Origin: Schizochytrium sp. TIO01
Lineage: Eukaryota > Protista > Bigyra: Labyrinthulomycetes
Direction of reading: 5' to 3'
Length of the DNA: 64,000 nt
Assembly: GCA_004764695.1 (NCBI GenBank)
Contig: SMSO01000037.1
Coordinates: 4,502,747-4,566,746 of the forward strand
A program made the translations under genes and the position numbers. The notes under the pieces are model-generated. The model ran no database searches. It had not been told where the DNA came from and saw only the letters and a list, made by a program, of their open reading frames with translations. Of this stretch, positions 41,797 through 54,600 are shown piece by piece; position 1 is the stretch's first letter, and every line of letters begins with the position of its first letter.

Positions 41797-43221
41797 ATGT
41801 CAATACTCCGCGAATCGAGAGCTCAAGTAATCGAAGAGAATGGGTGGCTTGATAAGTTAGATGAGGAGGTTGCTAGAATGTTGCACAAATTTGTGGTGGA
41901 AGAAAGCAAAAGCTCTTCGCAAGGAGAATGGCAACCAATGGCATGGGAGATTCTTTTTGATCTTGTTGGAGAGTCTTTTGCTGAGAGGCATTTTGGCGAT
42001 CACAAGCGCAATCGCAAGCTTCTAGAGGTGCCCTACCTCGTACCTGCAATGCGCGTGGAGCTGCGTCGAGAGTTAGAGCTTCGTGTGTTGGAGTTTTTAG
42101 AAAAGGAAATGCCAACGAAGGAGTTCGAACTCCGCGTCAAGGAAGTTTGCAATAAATCTGCAATGTTGCGCTCTACACATAAGGAAAGTGCTCACTCCAA
42201 GAGCTGCGCAGACTCTCTAGGAGGGATGATTTGTGCAGACTTCTCAGGACAAGGACATGAGATACTTCTTGCTACAGAAGTTCGGCATTCGCCGCCATTG
42301 GGGCTAGTAAATGACTACGATCGATGGATCTCTTGTCGAGCAGAGGATCGCAAAGATTTTCTCTTAGCATGCCGAGGACGCTCTCTGCCCAAATCGGTAC
42401 GGCGCTATGTTCTTCATGAAGTTCTGTATTACGAGCGATTTTCTGAGGAGTGTTACCAGGAATTCTTGAGAAACTCCAGGGAATATGATGGAGAGTCGCC
42501 TCACCCGGGCGAATCCCCAACCCGAAGTAAGACCCATGCCTTTGTTATAAGAGGAGTGAATGAAGCTTTAGAGAGCCTGCAAGACGACCTCAAGGGCTAT
42601 TCTGAGCAACAAATGCAAACTATCAAATCCCAGTGTAATATTGTGCTGGATATGCACTATCGTATGTCTGGGCGGCAGCATGGATCTCTAGCTGTGCTAA
42701 TGATGATGCTTTTGCTCGACTTTGGCAATGATCCTACGATTTCCGATGTAATGCTCCTTGGTATGCTTGAAAAGCTTCGCACTATTATACCATCACGGGC
42801 AAGCTCTATGCAGATAGCACAGACAGTTTGGGAAAGGGTAATGGAGAGGTCTCCTGAGCTAGCAAGTTTTGTGCGTAGGCTCATAGAAGAGCATCGAGCA
42901 AAACAAGGAATCCGGGAGCGTATGGAAGCACATTTACTAGTTTTAGAGTGGGTAGAAAATTCGCTTGTAGGCTGTGTCAGACTTGAGACTGCGCGCTTTG
43001 TATGGATGCACTGCCTCATGCCAGGTTTGATTAGTCCTGACGAGCCTCAATGGGATATGAACCTGTATGTAAACATGTGTGCTCACCTTTTTTGTTTAAT
43101 TGGAGATGAGATCGAAACTGCTCAAAGCCTATCTGAGCTTCAACGCACAGCACGTGAAAGGCCCCTACAACTGAAGACCAAGGTGATCCGTGAAGCGTTA
43201 GCTTCCGAATTAACGTTGTGA
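41797..43221 (+). CDS. Uncharacterized helical protein, degenerate TBC/Rab-GAP-like
   Basis: Long intact ORF; G..LP..VR..V and late ARFVW..CL recall TBC termini, but the catalytic IxxDxxR and YxQ motifs are not evident. A branch point/acceptor (aactaac..cacag, 41761-41783) suggests a possible upstream exon. Confidence 0.55.
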   Translation: MSILRESRAQVIEENGWLDKLDEEVARMLHKFVVEESKSSSQGEWQPMAWEILFDLVGESFAERHFGDHKRNRKLLEVPYLVPAMRVELRRELELRVLEFLEKEMPTKEFELRVKEVCNKSAMLRSTHKESAHSKSCADSLGGMICADFSGQGHEILLATEVRHSPPLGLVNDYDRWISCRAEDRKDFLLACRGRSLPKSVRRYVLHEVLYYERFSEECYQEFLRNSREYDGESPHPGESPTRSKTHAFVIRGVNEALESLQDDLKGYSEQQMQTIKSQCNIVLDMHYRMSGRQHGSLAVLMMMLLLDFGNDPTISDVMLLGMLEKLRTIIPSRASSMQIAQTVWERVMERSPELASFVRRLIEEHRAKQGIRERMEAHLLVLEWVENSLVGCVRLETARFVWMHCLMPGLISPDEPQWDMNLYVNMCAHLFCLIGDEIETAQSLSELQRTARERPLQLKTKVIREALASELTL

Positions 43222-43460
43222 TACTATCTGAAGGAAACAAAATGTTGAATTTGATGAGTTTTATAGCATGTGAGAAGTTGCTATTTGCTGCTCGAATCAA
43301 TACTTCGAGGATTTACGTACAAGATTGTTAGCAACTGAATTATAAAACAAAAATGAAAGAAAAAAAAACAGGGATCTACAAAACATCAGGATTTAACTCT
43401 AGCTTTTTCTCAGTGCAAGATAGGTCTGATAGAATGGCGGTCTTTATTTCACAAGCGACC

Positions 43461-45626
43461 TTACAACTTTTCAGCAATAAGCCTCATTAGCAGCGAGAGC
43501 TGCTTGGTGTTCAGTACGTCAACTTCTGCGCGCACAGCTTTAGGCATGTCATTCAATTGGGGAAAGCCGTGATCAAGAAGCACTTGCAGGGCTCGTTGCA
43601 AACTATCATGATCCTCCTTGATTTCTTGCTTGTCTAACCTAACGAGAAGGTCGCGAAGTCCAGAAGTGTATACAGGCTCCTGTGCTTCGTCTTTCGCTTC
43701 TTCTTCTTCTTGTTGTTGTTGAGCTGTTGCCTCTGTTTCCTCCTTTTTAGTCTTCAAGTCGTTTTGCGCCCGAATGACTTCGTCCTCGAGCTCGGCGAAC
43801 ACGCCATCTTTTCCTGCAGGGTCGGCATTTTTTAAGAGGGCAAGGGACTCACGAAGATTGGCGAGTTTGCTCACATCCGGGACTTCCAGATCATTCTTAA
43901 CCTTTTCTCTGACAGCGTCTTCGAAGGCTTCGCGTACGGCATCTCCAAAGGGGTTGTTTCCCATGGAAAAAGTAGTTCCAGACTGGGAAATTTCAAAGTG
44001 GTTCTCATCCTCGTCATCGCCATCGTTCGCAAACATACTGCTAAGCATACCTTCCAAGCCGATCATGGCCTCCCGCGCCTGAGAGTCCCTAAAGACTACT
44101 GCACGGTCATCCTTGGAGAGACAAGAAGGTTCATCATCATCCAAAGCTTCGCCGTGATCGTAGCGAAAGTCATAAAGGAATTCAGCAAGTGGAAATCCGC
44201 CTATCAGTGGGAGAAAGCTAAATGTGCCAGCGAACTCGTCCTGGCGACGCCTTCCGTTTGCGTTTTCAGTTGCGTGAAGAAGGAAGGAGTTCATTGAGGC
44301 TGCGTAGAGGTTGGGGCACGCATCGCGTGCGATACCAGCCCACAGAGCACTGTAATCACGGTGGGTCAATTGTTTATCCTTAGGGAACAGGTCTCCAAAG
44401 ATCAACTTTCGGACAGAGTCTGGGTTCTTCGGGCGAAGAACGGTCCAGAGTCCCTCCGAGATTTCTGTCTCCAGCTCTTCTTGTGTTACATAACGTGCAG
44501 CCGCGTAGTACTGGGCGCGGGGCATCTCTTTCTCATCGACCTTGGGGTCATCAGTCGACACCGCAATGCCAGTATCGCGAACAGGCGTGCCGAGGTTCTT
44601 AGACAGCGCCTCATGGGGGTTCGCTTCGAAGAGCGTGATGATCTCTCCACCATAGCTGTCTCCACAGAACATCTTTCCAGTCGGCGTCACCTTACGAGAA
44701 GATGAAGGTGCGCCCTTGCTTGGGGTGCGCCGACGTCTCGTTGGCTTTGGCTTGGGGGGCAGGAAGGAGTACATGAGGTCCAAAAGCTGCTCTGCTTCAG
44801 TGGGCGAGATGGAGAACTCCTCGGCACAGTCCATAGTCCGCGGGAGTAGGCCATGCAGGTATGGTTTGTTGATGGTGATGTACATCAATGAGGGTCGAAC
44901 GCCATCTTCATCGAGCTCCGCAGGCCTTTTCACAACAAATGCTAGGCGCTGCCCCAGGAATGGGTCCTCCAGCGCCGGGTTCGAGTGAAGCACACACCCA
45001 ATCGGATCGAATTCAGTGTCTGCGCTATTCACGTCCACGAGCTCAAAATCTGCGAGTGCATCCGTATCTTGAATGTGTTCATCGAGGTAATCGCTCTTGC
45101 TCGCTTCAAATGGCATGTTCTGCGTCTCTTGAAGCAAATTCTTCAACAGGTCATTGGTCATACCTAGTAGGGCGTACTCATTGAGGAGAAGGTCATCGAT
45201 TGTCTCCTTCGGTGCTGCGAACTTGGAGAAATGGCGTTGCATATTATTCATCATGAATCTCCTAGACCTGATCTGCTCGACTTGCTGCCTCCGAGTTTGC
45301 TTCACAAACTCGTACATGCCAGGTTTCGGGGAATGTGTGCTGAGGAAGATGTCGTCGTGGTGAAAGGCTTGCTTCTTCACGCGGAAGTCCACCGTCGCAA
45401 ACGGAGGTGGCAGTTGCTTCACATATCCTCCATTCTGTTCGTCATCGGTGACCTCCAGCATCGGCACTCGGCTCCGCAGAGGGTCACACACAAAGTACAT
45501 GGCGCCAGGAATCTTGTCCAGGCGCCTTGCATGCCTGAGGTTCTCCGCATATAGCCGCTGCGACCGCCGCAGGAGCTCTCCTGCAGACGCCGCCTTGCCG
45601 CCCACGGAGCTTGCCGCTTGGCCCAT
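43461..45626 (-). CDS. Uncharacterized 721-aa protein, probable N-myristoylation (MGQAAS), acidic coiled-coil C-terminus
   Basis: Long intact ORF with GC-rich codon usage like neighbouring genes; no family recognised. Confidence 0.75.
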   Translation of the reverse strand: MGQAASSVGGKAASAGELLRRSQRLYAENLRHARRLDKIPGAMYFVCDPLRSRVPMLEVTDDEQNGGYVKQLPPPFATVDFRVKKQAFHHDDIFLSTHSPKPGMYEFVKQTRRQQVEQIRSRRFMMNNMQRHFSKFAAPKETIDDLLLNEYALLGMTNDLLKNLLQETQNMPFEASKSDYLDEHIQDTDALADFELVDVNSADTEFDPIGCVLHSNPALEDPFLGQRLAFVVKRPAELDEDGVRPSLMYITINKPYLHGLLPRTMDCAEEFSISPTEAEQLLDLMYSFLPPKPKPTRRRRTPSKGAPSSSRKVTPTGKMFCGDSYGGEIITLFEANPHEALSKNLGTPVRDTGIAVSTDDPKVDEKEMPRAQYYAAARYVTQEELETEISEGLWTVLRPKNPDSVRKLIFGDLFPKDKQLTHRDYSALWAGIARDACPNLYAASMNSFLLHATENANGRRRQDEFAGTFSFLPLIGGFPLAEFLYDFRYDHGEALDDDEPSCLSKDDRAVVFRDSQAREAMIGLEGMLSSMFANDGDDEDENHFEISQSGTTFSMGNNPFGDAVREAFEDAVREKVKNDLEVPDVSKLANLRESLALLKNADPAGKDGVFAELEDEVIRAQNDLKTKKEETEATAQQQQEEEEAKDEAQEPVYTSGLRDLLVRLDKQEIKEDHDSLQRALQVLLDHGFPQLNDMPKAVRAEVDVLNTKQLSLLMRLIAEKL

Positions 45627-45756
45627 GCTCCCTCCAAGCTACACGCTACACCCCGGTCAAGCCTTATACCGATCTGCGCGGACCTCAATCACGACGTCTT
45701 TCGCATCCCATCATCTCATCATCTCCTTTGATCACTTCATTGCATTACATCACACT

Positions 45757-45797
45757 CATTCATTCATTCATTCATTCATTCATTCATTCATTCATTC
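45757..45797. repeat. (CATT)n microsatellite
   Basis: Read directly. Confidence 0.95.
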
Positions 45798-47847
45798 GTT
45801 CTTTTACTATGTTCTCTTCTATAACAATAGTAACAAAGTTAAACTGTTGTCACTCTTACAGAGCAATAGGCAAGTGCTAAGCAGTAATACTGACGACAGC
45901 TTTTTTAATCGCCATGTAGACAGGTGTCTCACTAACGACCTGCCAGATCGAAGAATTCATTCAAGTAAGCTGTCGCTAACTGTCGAGCACTGCTTCTTGC
46001 AACTTTTCCTCCTTGCTTTCCCATGTTTCTGTTCCAGACTTGCATCGCGGCTCGTGAAGTTTCAATGTGAATCGCCCTCTAGAGCAAAAGCCCGCGACAA
46101 CGAAAAGAGCGCTTTCACTACTTTTATTAAAAAAATCAAACGAGGGATCGTGATGTTCTGAATGTTCTGGCGTGCGCCGCTGCTTTTGTTGATTTATTTA
46201 TTTGTTTGTCTGTTTTGTGCTATCATGCGATGAGAACCGAGAGCAACAGAGACGCGAGGGTGCTCAAGAGTGCAGCTAGACGCACGAAGAATATGCTGGA
46301 GGACGGGCTCGAAGGCGGAGGAGAAGCCTAGCAGAGGTGCTTCAAGGGCTGGAGGTGCTGAGGGTCGACTTCAGGTTCAGGGCGGGCCTTTTCCTCTGAG
46401 CTTCCTCTCTTTTCATTCATGGGTGAGTGATGCTAAAGAATCCGCATTACATTTCCATCATCATCGCTCGTTTAGTTTAGTTTTCATTTCATGCATGCAT
46501 GGCATAAATAATGTACGACATAAACTGCAATTCTTCTCAAGATCGAATTGCCGTTCGCGACCAAAGCCAAAGCTCGCGTTCGCTGCAAGCAGGTGTCTTT
46601 CTTTGTCTATGTGCACGCACGTCAACTTCTTATGCTTGATCCCAGAATTCCATACATACATATCCATCATCATTCTCCTCGAGTTATCTATCTAATTCAT
46701 TCATTCGCACACCTATCCCCAAATCGCAAATCGAATGCAAGCTAAGCAGATGCTCGTCCGGGAGGCTGCACGGAGGTCGGCGTGACCGACCGGTTGACTG
46801 ATTGAACAGCTGGTCGAATATCTGATTGATTCATTGATTGATTCATTGATTGATTGTTGATACTTTGCGGTTCCTGAGCGTGATGTGCTGCGAGATTGTA
46901 ATAGAGGTGCTCGTGCTATTGGAAATAGCTAAGGGGTCCCTAACTTATAGGTAGCGAGGGATGGGTTCTTTTGGAGCTTTGCTTTGTTTGTAGAACTTGA
47001 ACATCACAGACTCTGCGACATACTAACCAGTCTGTGGCACGCTCGCAGACCTTAGTAGAGAAACGAAGGACTTGGGCAGCTGGCTGGCGGCCTACCTACA
47101 GAAATTGGTCGCGTTCAAAGATACTCCTGGAGATGGGTTTCACAGCTCATGAATCGTGAATGGACGGTCACCATGATAAGCGCGTGGCACTACAAAGAAG
47201 AAGAAGATGATGATGCTGGAGGCAAACTGCAGCTTTAAGGACGTGGGTTTCGAGGGAAATGCTTGGCGATAAGTTGAAGATGGTATGAGTGCCTGTTTCC
47301 GTTGTGAGATTGAAGTCAAGGCGTGGCGACCATGAAGCAGAAAAGCTGGGACGGTTCTGCCTGCGCTTTTGGAGGCCCACAGGAGAAAATGCACGTGCGA
47401 GACGCTTGCCTGCGTGAGCTTGAGAGGAACAAGCAGACGTGGGCCTACTGATATTGATTGCAAGAGAGACCTGGCTTGCAGTTTAAGACGATAATGATAA
47501 CAAGCACTGTGACGTAAAGATGCAAATAGTCGCAGTGTATGGGTACATGCTTCGGAGCGTGTGGACTAGTGCTACTTGTTAGTAACTAGGTAGGTATCTA
47601 CTGACTAAGTTGCAAATGAAATATAGTTCGGTAAATTAGATAGGTATTGTTGCTGGTGTGCCTTGAACGAATGAAACAAGGAGATTAGCTGCGCGTTCGC
47701 GTAAATTTCAGGGGTGCCTGAGCTCGAGCTGTAGAGCAGATATACAGCTTGTAAGCCAAGCAATAAGAAGGTTGGTTGTGGAAGGCTGGTCCACAACAAT
47801 CTGTCTTGCATAACAGAGGTTTATTGGGGGGGGTGTCAACAAGTGGC

Positions 47848-48654
47848 TCAAATAACATTGGGGTCTGATACTGCGGTCTTGAGCCAATTAATATACTTCG
47901 AGCAGGAGTGGTAAGCCTGACGCGCCTGCGTCTGCACATAGTCCACGCCTTCAAACGTAGTTCGGGACTCATAGCGCATAGATATAATGTCAAGCGAGTT
48001 ATGAAGTTGAAGCATCTCACTCACAGTTTCATCAGGGCGCACAAGAACTGGACAGCCCATGACGTAGACATTGAATGTAAGGCCATGCATTTGTGCTAAT
48101 GAAGCAGCATGGCCATTTCTGATGAAACACTCTGTGCACCATCCTCCATGAGAATGTGAGACGAGATTAATAGTCTTGAGATTCTCATTGGTTTGACAAA
48201 GAGCACCAATTTCATACTCCATTGTTTTAGCGACGGCCTCAGCTTTCGGTTCAAGCGAAGACTTGATACCATCCATCGTGGACGCAATAACTTTCGCTGT
48301 AATCCCAGTTTCCATGTACGCGTCTACTGCAACGGCTACAGTGGCCATCAGGGCAGCTCCAAATGCAAAGCCCGCATTTTTACGGACCAAGTTGGCGGCC
48401 TGCTCGTGAGAGACGTCAATTGCAAGCGTAGGATTATGCACATGCACAGCAGGACAGTCAAAAATAGACTCCAAGGTTTCACGCTGAGATGCCCACGAAG
48501 CTTCGTCCTTTGGATTGAAGATGCCGTTTACGAAGACAGTCGCCACGCTGCCTTGCACACGCGGTACTGTACTTGCAGCATCGTCTTGAGGTGCACAGGC
48601 GCCATGGCCGCCCGAGGCACTGCCTTCAAAGCCTGAGCTTTTCGCCTGAGACAT
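47848..48654 (-). CDS. Alpha/beta-hydrolase (lipase-like) with internal hydrophobic helix
   Basis: VFVNGI oxyanion-type motif, nucleophile elbow LVSHSHGG, VYVMGCP, HN..DII and a late His (YHSC). Confidence 0.7.
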   Translation of the reverse strand: MSQAKSSGFEGSASGGHGACAPQDDAASTVPRVQGSVATVFVNGIFNPKDEASWASQRETLESIFDCPAVHVHNPTLAIDVSHEQAANLVRKNAGFAFGAALMATVAVAVDAYMETGITAKVIASTMDGIKSSLEPKAEAVAKTMEYEIGALCQTNENLKTINLVSHSHGGWCTECFIRNGHAASLAQMHGLTFNVYVMGCPVLVRPDETVSEMLQLHNSLDIISMRYESRTTFEGVDYVQTQARQAYHSCSKYINWLKTAVSDPNVI

Positions 48655-51600
48655 GATTGCAGGTATTGTCCGCTTAGGGACTTCCAGTCACGAGCGTCCT
48701 TGAACTTGTAGCTCTGCTGACGCGCTGGCGTATTCAGAATCCCAAATGATTCTGATTCTACTGAGATTAGTTTTGTGCGATTAGTTTTTATTATAGTTTT
48801 ACCTAGGTATATACTTATACCAAGTATGTGTTTCAAAACTGGGGCTGGGGAACACTCCACGTGGAGGTAATACTACACAACTCTCTTAGCCCTGGTCCAG
48901 CACATGCGAAAAGATGTCAACCATGCTGTACTGATTTTTAAATGGAACCTCTTGAATTAAGTAAATTGTACAAAAAATAGGCTTTTCAATAGGTTGAAAG
49001 CTTTACATTTATCAAAGAACTCATGTGTATATTTACGCAGGCTAGTGACTTGGTTGTCGGTACATCTTAAAATGCATGTGTAGAATGGCATTTATCGTAT
49101 TTTAAAACAATTATTCTATATTTTCGTGAAAGAATCTATATCAAACATCACGATGAGCAAAACCTGTAAGTTGTGCTTTGTTGTCTTGTTTGTCTTAAAG
49201 AATATAATTATTTGTAAGAAGAACAAGATTAGATACTCACCAACACGGTGTACATTGAAAGGCTCATTGTATGTGATTCATCTTGCCTCTGCAAAGTCAG
49301 CCTGCGACTTTAAGCGTGCTTACTATTAAGGTCAAAGAACTTATACGTGGGCGCCTGCTGCTTTCAACTTTGGAATCGCATTAGAATTGGTATTTTGATT
49401 GGACATTAAAATAAACGCATTTGTCGGCATGCCAACTCAACCAGTTATTACAAAAAAATATATCTTGAGAACGGTAGTAGAATATATTTATGTAGAAAGA
49501 TAATTGTTCTTGTTGATCCTGGATGAGATCGATCGAATTAGGACCCCCCTCTTCTTAAGTTTCTCTTTTAATTACTATTCCCAGTGCTCGTAGCAACTTG
49601 TGGAGATTAGAAAAAAAATGACGTCCTCGCTCAAGTTTCGCCAGAGCTTTTAAAGCATGAATCAGGCTTATTGGGCCTCACGGTGGGCATCTTTGGTCAG
49701 TCTCTGAGGTTTCGTCAAGGCAGGCTCCTTCGTGCGTTCATTGTACTTCATCTCTCCCTGCCAAGTCACTAAATGTTTGATCCCTCTACACTGTTGTTGC
49801 TACTGTTACTACTGTTGCTCCTCAGAGTGCTTGTAATGTTCAGTAGCAAACTTTAGCCATAGCATAGAAGAACTCCGCATCATCGCTATTAAATCCTTTC
49901 TGACCGTGTTGCAAAATCAAATTCGTCAACATAGACAACTGGATCGAGCTCGCCCCAGATAAATTTCTCCGTTGGCCAATATAGGGAATTGTAAAAATAT
50001 GGATTTCTCAAAGTCTGCATAGAAATTTCCAACTAAAAGGTTCAGTAAATTAAAATCAGTCAATTTGTTTTTCACTATATATGTATCGCTTGAGATTCCT
50101 ATAATCATCCATAATAGCATAACATGCAAGCAACCTGAGCAGCATTCTAAGGAATAGTGCCAGATGTATAGCAGATGGGGTAAAGCGTTTTCACAGTACT
50201 TTGAGACATTTAGTACTGCCAAAAAGCACATAGCCAAAGAAAAGCCCTTAGATTCCGTATAGACTTCCTGCATATGAAAAGCTGAATCATTCAGTAGCGG
50301 TCTCAGAAGAGAACAAAATCCTAGACACCCGGAATGGTAGGTATAGACCTTATTTTCAAGATTCTGGTGAAATACTACAGCCACGAGGAAGACATGTTTC
50401 CACTGTTTCCACACTACATAAATGTTGAACTTATGAGGAATCTTCTAGTGTTCTGACATAGTTATAGCCAGGTGTAGGAGACATAGAGCAATTGGTATCT
50501 TGAGCAGACAAGTCATTGAGGAGCCGCACGCGCTAGTCATAATCATTGATGAGTCTTCTGGAATCATCATTTCTTGATTTGCCATTATATAAAGTGAGGT
50601 CTAAAACTTATCAAATTCCACGTCTAGCTCTTCTCTGTTTCGTAGCTTTGCCGATAGCCTTCTTGCGCATGTTGCAGACTTTTAGTAATCATCGTATCAT
50701 TGGGCGGTGATTTAAGGAGCATGCATGTGTTCATCAGCTTCACCCTCTGCCCTCATACGATCTAGTAAAAAAGAAACTCTTTCCCACGGAATAATATTCT
50801 GGGATACATGACCTTTCAACTTGTTTTCCTTTTCTTTAGAAACGAACTTGCAGCACGTGGATTCTTTGGTTCTTTTTTACCAAGCACACACCCCTTCGCT
50901 ATTCCTCTTAGGACTCAGAGTAGTACCTAGCCATTCAATAGTTTTCATCATTGCCGTTTAGCTAGGCTTGGCCAACCTCCTGGACCTTGTGCTAAGAGTT
51001 AGCACTGTTTCCTTCTTTTATTGGCAACTCACGCTTTGGACGACCAGCGTACAGAGGAATGAATGGCCGCCTGCGAGTGAGAAAGATGCGCGATGCCCAT
51101 TGTCCCATAATCTCTATTGTTCCGACTGTCCCTTTCACCTTTTCAAGCATGAGCTAAGATTGTCCTATCCAGTCAGCACACACCTTTTCCATCATACAAA
51201 CATCATACGATAGTAGGTATGTCTTTCGTTTTTCGTACAAAACTGATGATGGGTCGACCAATGGAGATCATTCATCAGACTGATGCTAGTACGGGTCGTG
51301 ACAAAACTGACTCGTGAATCTTGGAGGAGGAATACTCAGTTGACGCATGTGGCGGAGCTCGCCATGATATTGTCTGCTCCAACGATTCATTTGTTCCTCC
51401 ATCCTTAAATGACATTAATTATCACGCTGCTTCATGGGGAATTATGCTACAAATCTGGCCTGTTTTAATGCTTGAGGAGAATAAGTTCTATGTAATCAAC
51501 ACGAATTGGAGCAGGGGCATAAGAAACATCCATCATTTATCTAGGGTCACTGCAATGAACAGAACTGGTCACCGCTGTGATGCCAGCATTACATGCACAA

Positions 51601-54600
51601 CCCTGGAGACGCCCGCTCTTCATTGCTCAGGCAAGTAATATACTAGCTAGAATGTGTTGCGTTGCGTTGCGTTTCGGCACCACCTCATGTCCTCTGCTGG
51701 GCGTTCACAAAAATAACAAGACATACAGCTCTAATATAGCAGTAGCACCCCCGCAAGCATCTGTTACTTTGGTCATCCACGGTAGTAGTATTCGATATCA
51801 TTGTTCAGGTTCATTTACAAAATACAAAACTGCAGAAACACAAATAGTCAAAGCCATATTTCACCACCGCCACATCGATCGCCGCGAACTCCGCCAACAC
51901 GGCGCCCAGCCTGAAGGTTACAGGTAGAAACTAAATAGCATCAATGCTACATTACACCTATTACCATTTACGCAGTCAGACAAACCAACCAAACAGCCAT
52001 GTGAATCAATCAGAATCAATTGCTGGCTGTCCGAGCAAGTGCACCCCAAACACCTCTGCCTTTCAGGATCAGCCAACCCTTCGAAGTTCACCAAGCTCCC
52101 AGCGCACCATGACCCTTCGGCCACCACACCGCAATCATATCCACCTAAATCATCGCTAAGCTTCTCGTGCAAAGCATCGACAAAAAACTTAATCTACTCC
52201 TATACTATCATAAGAATATGAAAAGAAAAGATCAGATACCTACTACGCCTGGCGACGAGGAAAGCACAGGAAAGCAATCTCAACTCGAAACAATCTACGA
52301 AGTTGTCACGGATTGGTGAATCGATTATCATCGCCCAGAGTGCCACCAAGAGCCCCTCGATAGCAGCAAGTTCTACAAAATACCGCACTCAGCCGTACCC
52401 TATACGTAGGCATGTATATTATATTTCCTGTAGCCTTGGAGACACTCGCGTGGCGGTAGGTAGCTTGGTGGTGAGTGATTGAGCAGTGCATCTGATGGCG
52501 TGAATGTCCTACCACTACTTGCGCCGCATAGGAGTCACCTACCACACGCTAGCCCCAGCGTATGACGATGAGAGAAAGGAGAGCAGCCTGCTTTTCCCAA
52601 CAAATTCTTCACTTCCTGCGACCTACGACTGTCCTATGGTATTCGCTAAATGGTCGCGGGAGCAGGTAGCAGTAGAAATTAAGGCATCGCTCGCTATTTA
52701 TTAATTAATTTAATCATTCATTCATTCATTCATTCACTTCGAGGTTACCGCTACTGCAACTGTGGAAACTTGCGACAGGAGGCGAAGCGGGCTCAGAGAG
52801 GAGGCAGGAACTGAGCTACGGAGCTCGTCCATCTCTCGACGACCTCGAAGAGACCCTGTCTGAAGCCACTCTGCGGCGTTCTCTCGGCCTCAGGCTCCTT
52901 TTCTTTCGTGTCGGCAGGTACTAACTCGCCAACTCTATATATATATATTCCTTGCCTTCAGATTCTCTCTCTTCGTGCCACTCTCTGTTTTGTGTAGTGA
53001 AACAAGGCAAAAACAGTTTTCTTTTTCATTTTCATTCTTATTTTTTTAATGCTTTTTAAAACAAACAAAATACTTTTTATTACTTTTCAATTTTTAAATG
53101 AATGAAGCGCTTTCATTGCATATACCTATCCTATCCACCTTTGCAATAGAAACCATAGAATATATCCCCAAGTGTCCGTCTTTGAAAACATGAATAAATA
53201 TTTATAATGGTATAGGCACTGTCATTGCTGCCCCTTTGCTCTTCTTTGCTTCATATACAAATAGATTAGATTCTTTTCAAAGCTTGCTTGGATTTTTACT
53301 AATTCTATAAATCCATTGCAGCGGAATTAAAATTAAAATAGTTAAAACTCAGACTTCAAAGTTCGAGTTCTCTCTTTCTTCTCACTCCCTGTTCGAAGCA
53401 GTTACGAACAGTGCGAACAAGGAGGATGACGGTTCTGCTAGCATGTACTTACCCACAATCGTAGGAGAGCAACCGGCGTCCTTTGGGTGGGTTCCTCACT
53501 AAACTAACCCACTCAAAGAGCGCTCGCTCAGGAGGCGGGTAGCAGGGGGACTTTCTTCATGCCAAATAAAGGCGCTTCTGCTGGCCCAGAGAGGCCTTGA
53601 ATCGGGTGACTGAGTCAGTTTACAGCTGCTCTGGCGCAGCTACTTTGCCGCCTGTTTGTGTCAGAACCGGCGAGCAGCGCAGTTTTTCGAAATCATCATG
53701 GCCTCTTCAATCTTCACCTTTCTTTTAACTTTTAACTTTTAACTTTTAACACCTTTTTTTTTCTCATCGTTTTCCCTTTAAAGAATCATGAATTAGGCAG
53801 TAGAAATAAAAAAGAAAAGAAGAGAAGAAGTCCACGTCAACTCTTTTCTTTTCTTCTCTTTTTTCTTTTCCTTTTTCTCTTTCCCTTTAACAAAAGAACC
53901 TCAACATGAAAACTGTCAGCGGTTCTGCTGCAGCACCACACCAAGGTCGCACCTGCCGTTCTTCTTCTTCAATCCCCTGTTTTCCCTTACCACGCCTCAT
54001 TATCGCCTTCGTCTCCGCGGCCTTGCGCCAAGTAAGTTTACCAGCCTCTTCTTCACTTGGCCAAGCACGAGCACCACAGGGATCCATGAGCTATGCAGAG
54101 CCTGCTTGGGACCAGCGAGACGAAGATACTCCTATCTTGAAGTCGTAAGCAGAAGAACTCTCATACCCGCTCATTGAGAGGGGTCAGGGTCTCAGTGGGG
54201 ACGCGGGAGGTCTTTACGACTGTTACAGTTTGGGCTATTGGCTTCTAGCCGGCGCTGCCCGGGTCATTGCTAGAGATTCAGGTAGACGCTGCACCATCAT
54301 ATCACTGCCCTTGGCGCCTTGGCGCAAACACGGTGTCTAAGGCGGCGGCAGCGCTTTCACCGGTGGCGAGTTTCAAGACCGCGTTATCCATGCGTCGTGG
54401 CTGGAGCCTTGAAGAAGAAGCTTGGAGCCCTGGCCAGCTTTGGGCTCATCTTCGGCTGTGGCAGAACCCGCCATCGAGCTTCAGAAGATGAGCTTGAACG
54501 TATGAAGGTCGCTGCCATGCCAAATTGATATTTGTAAAGGTGTCGTCCATTCTGTGGAGGAGTCTTCAGGGTCAGACTGCCGGTCTTACCAACCGGTATG

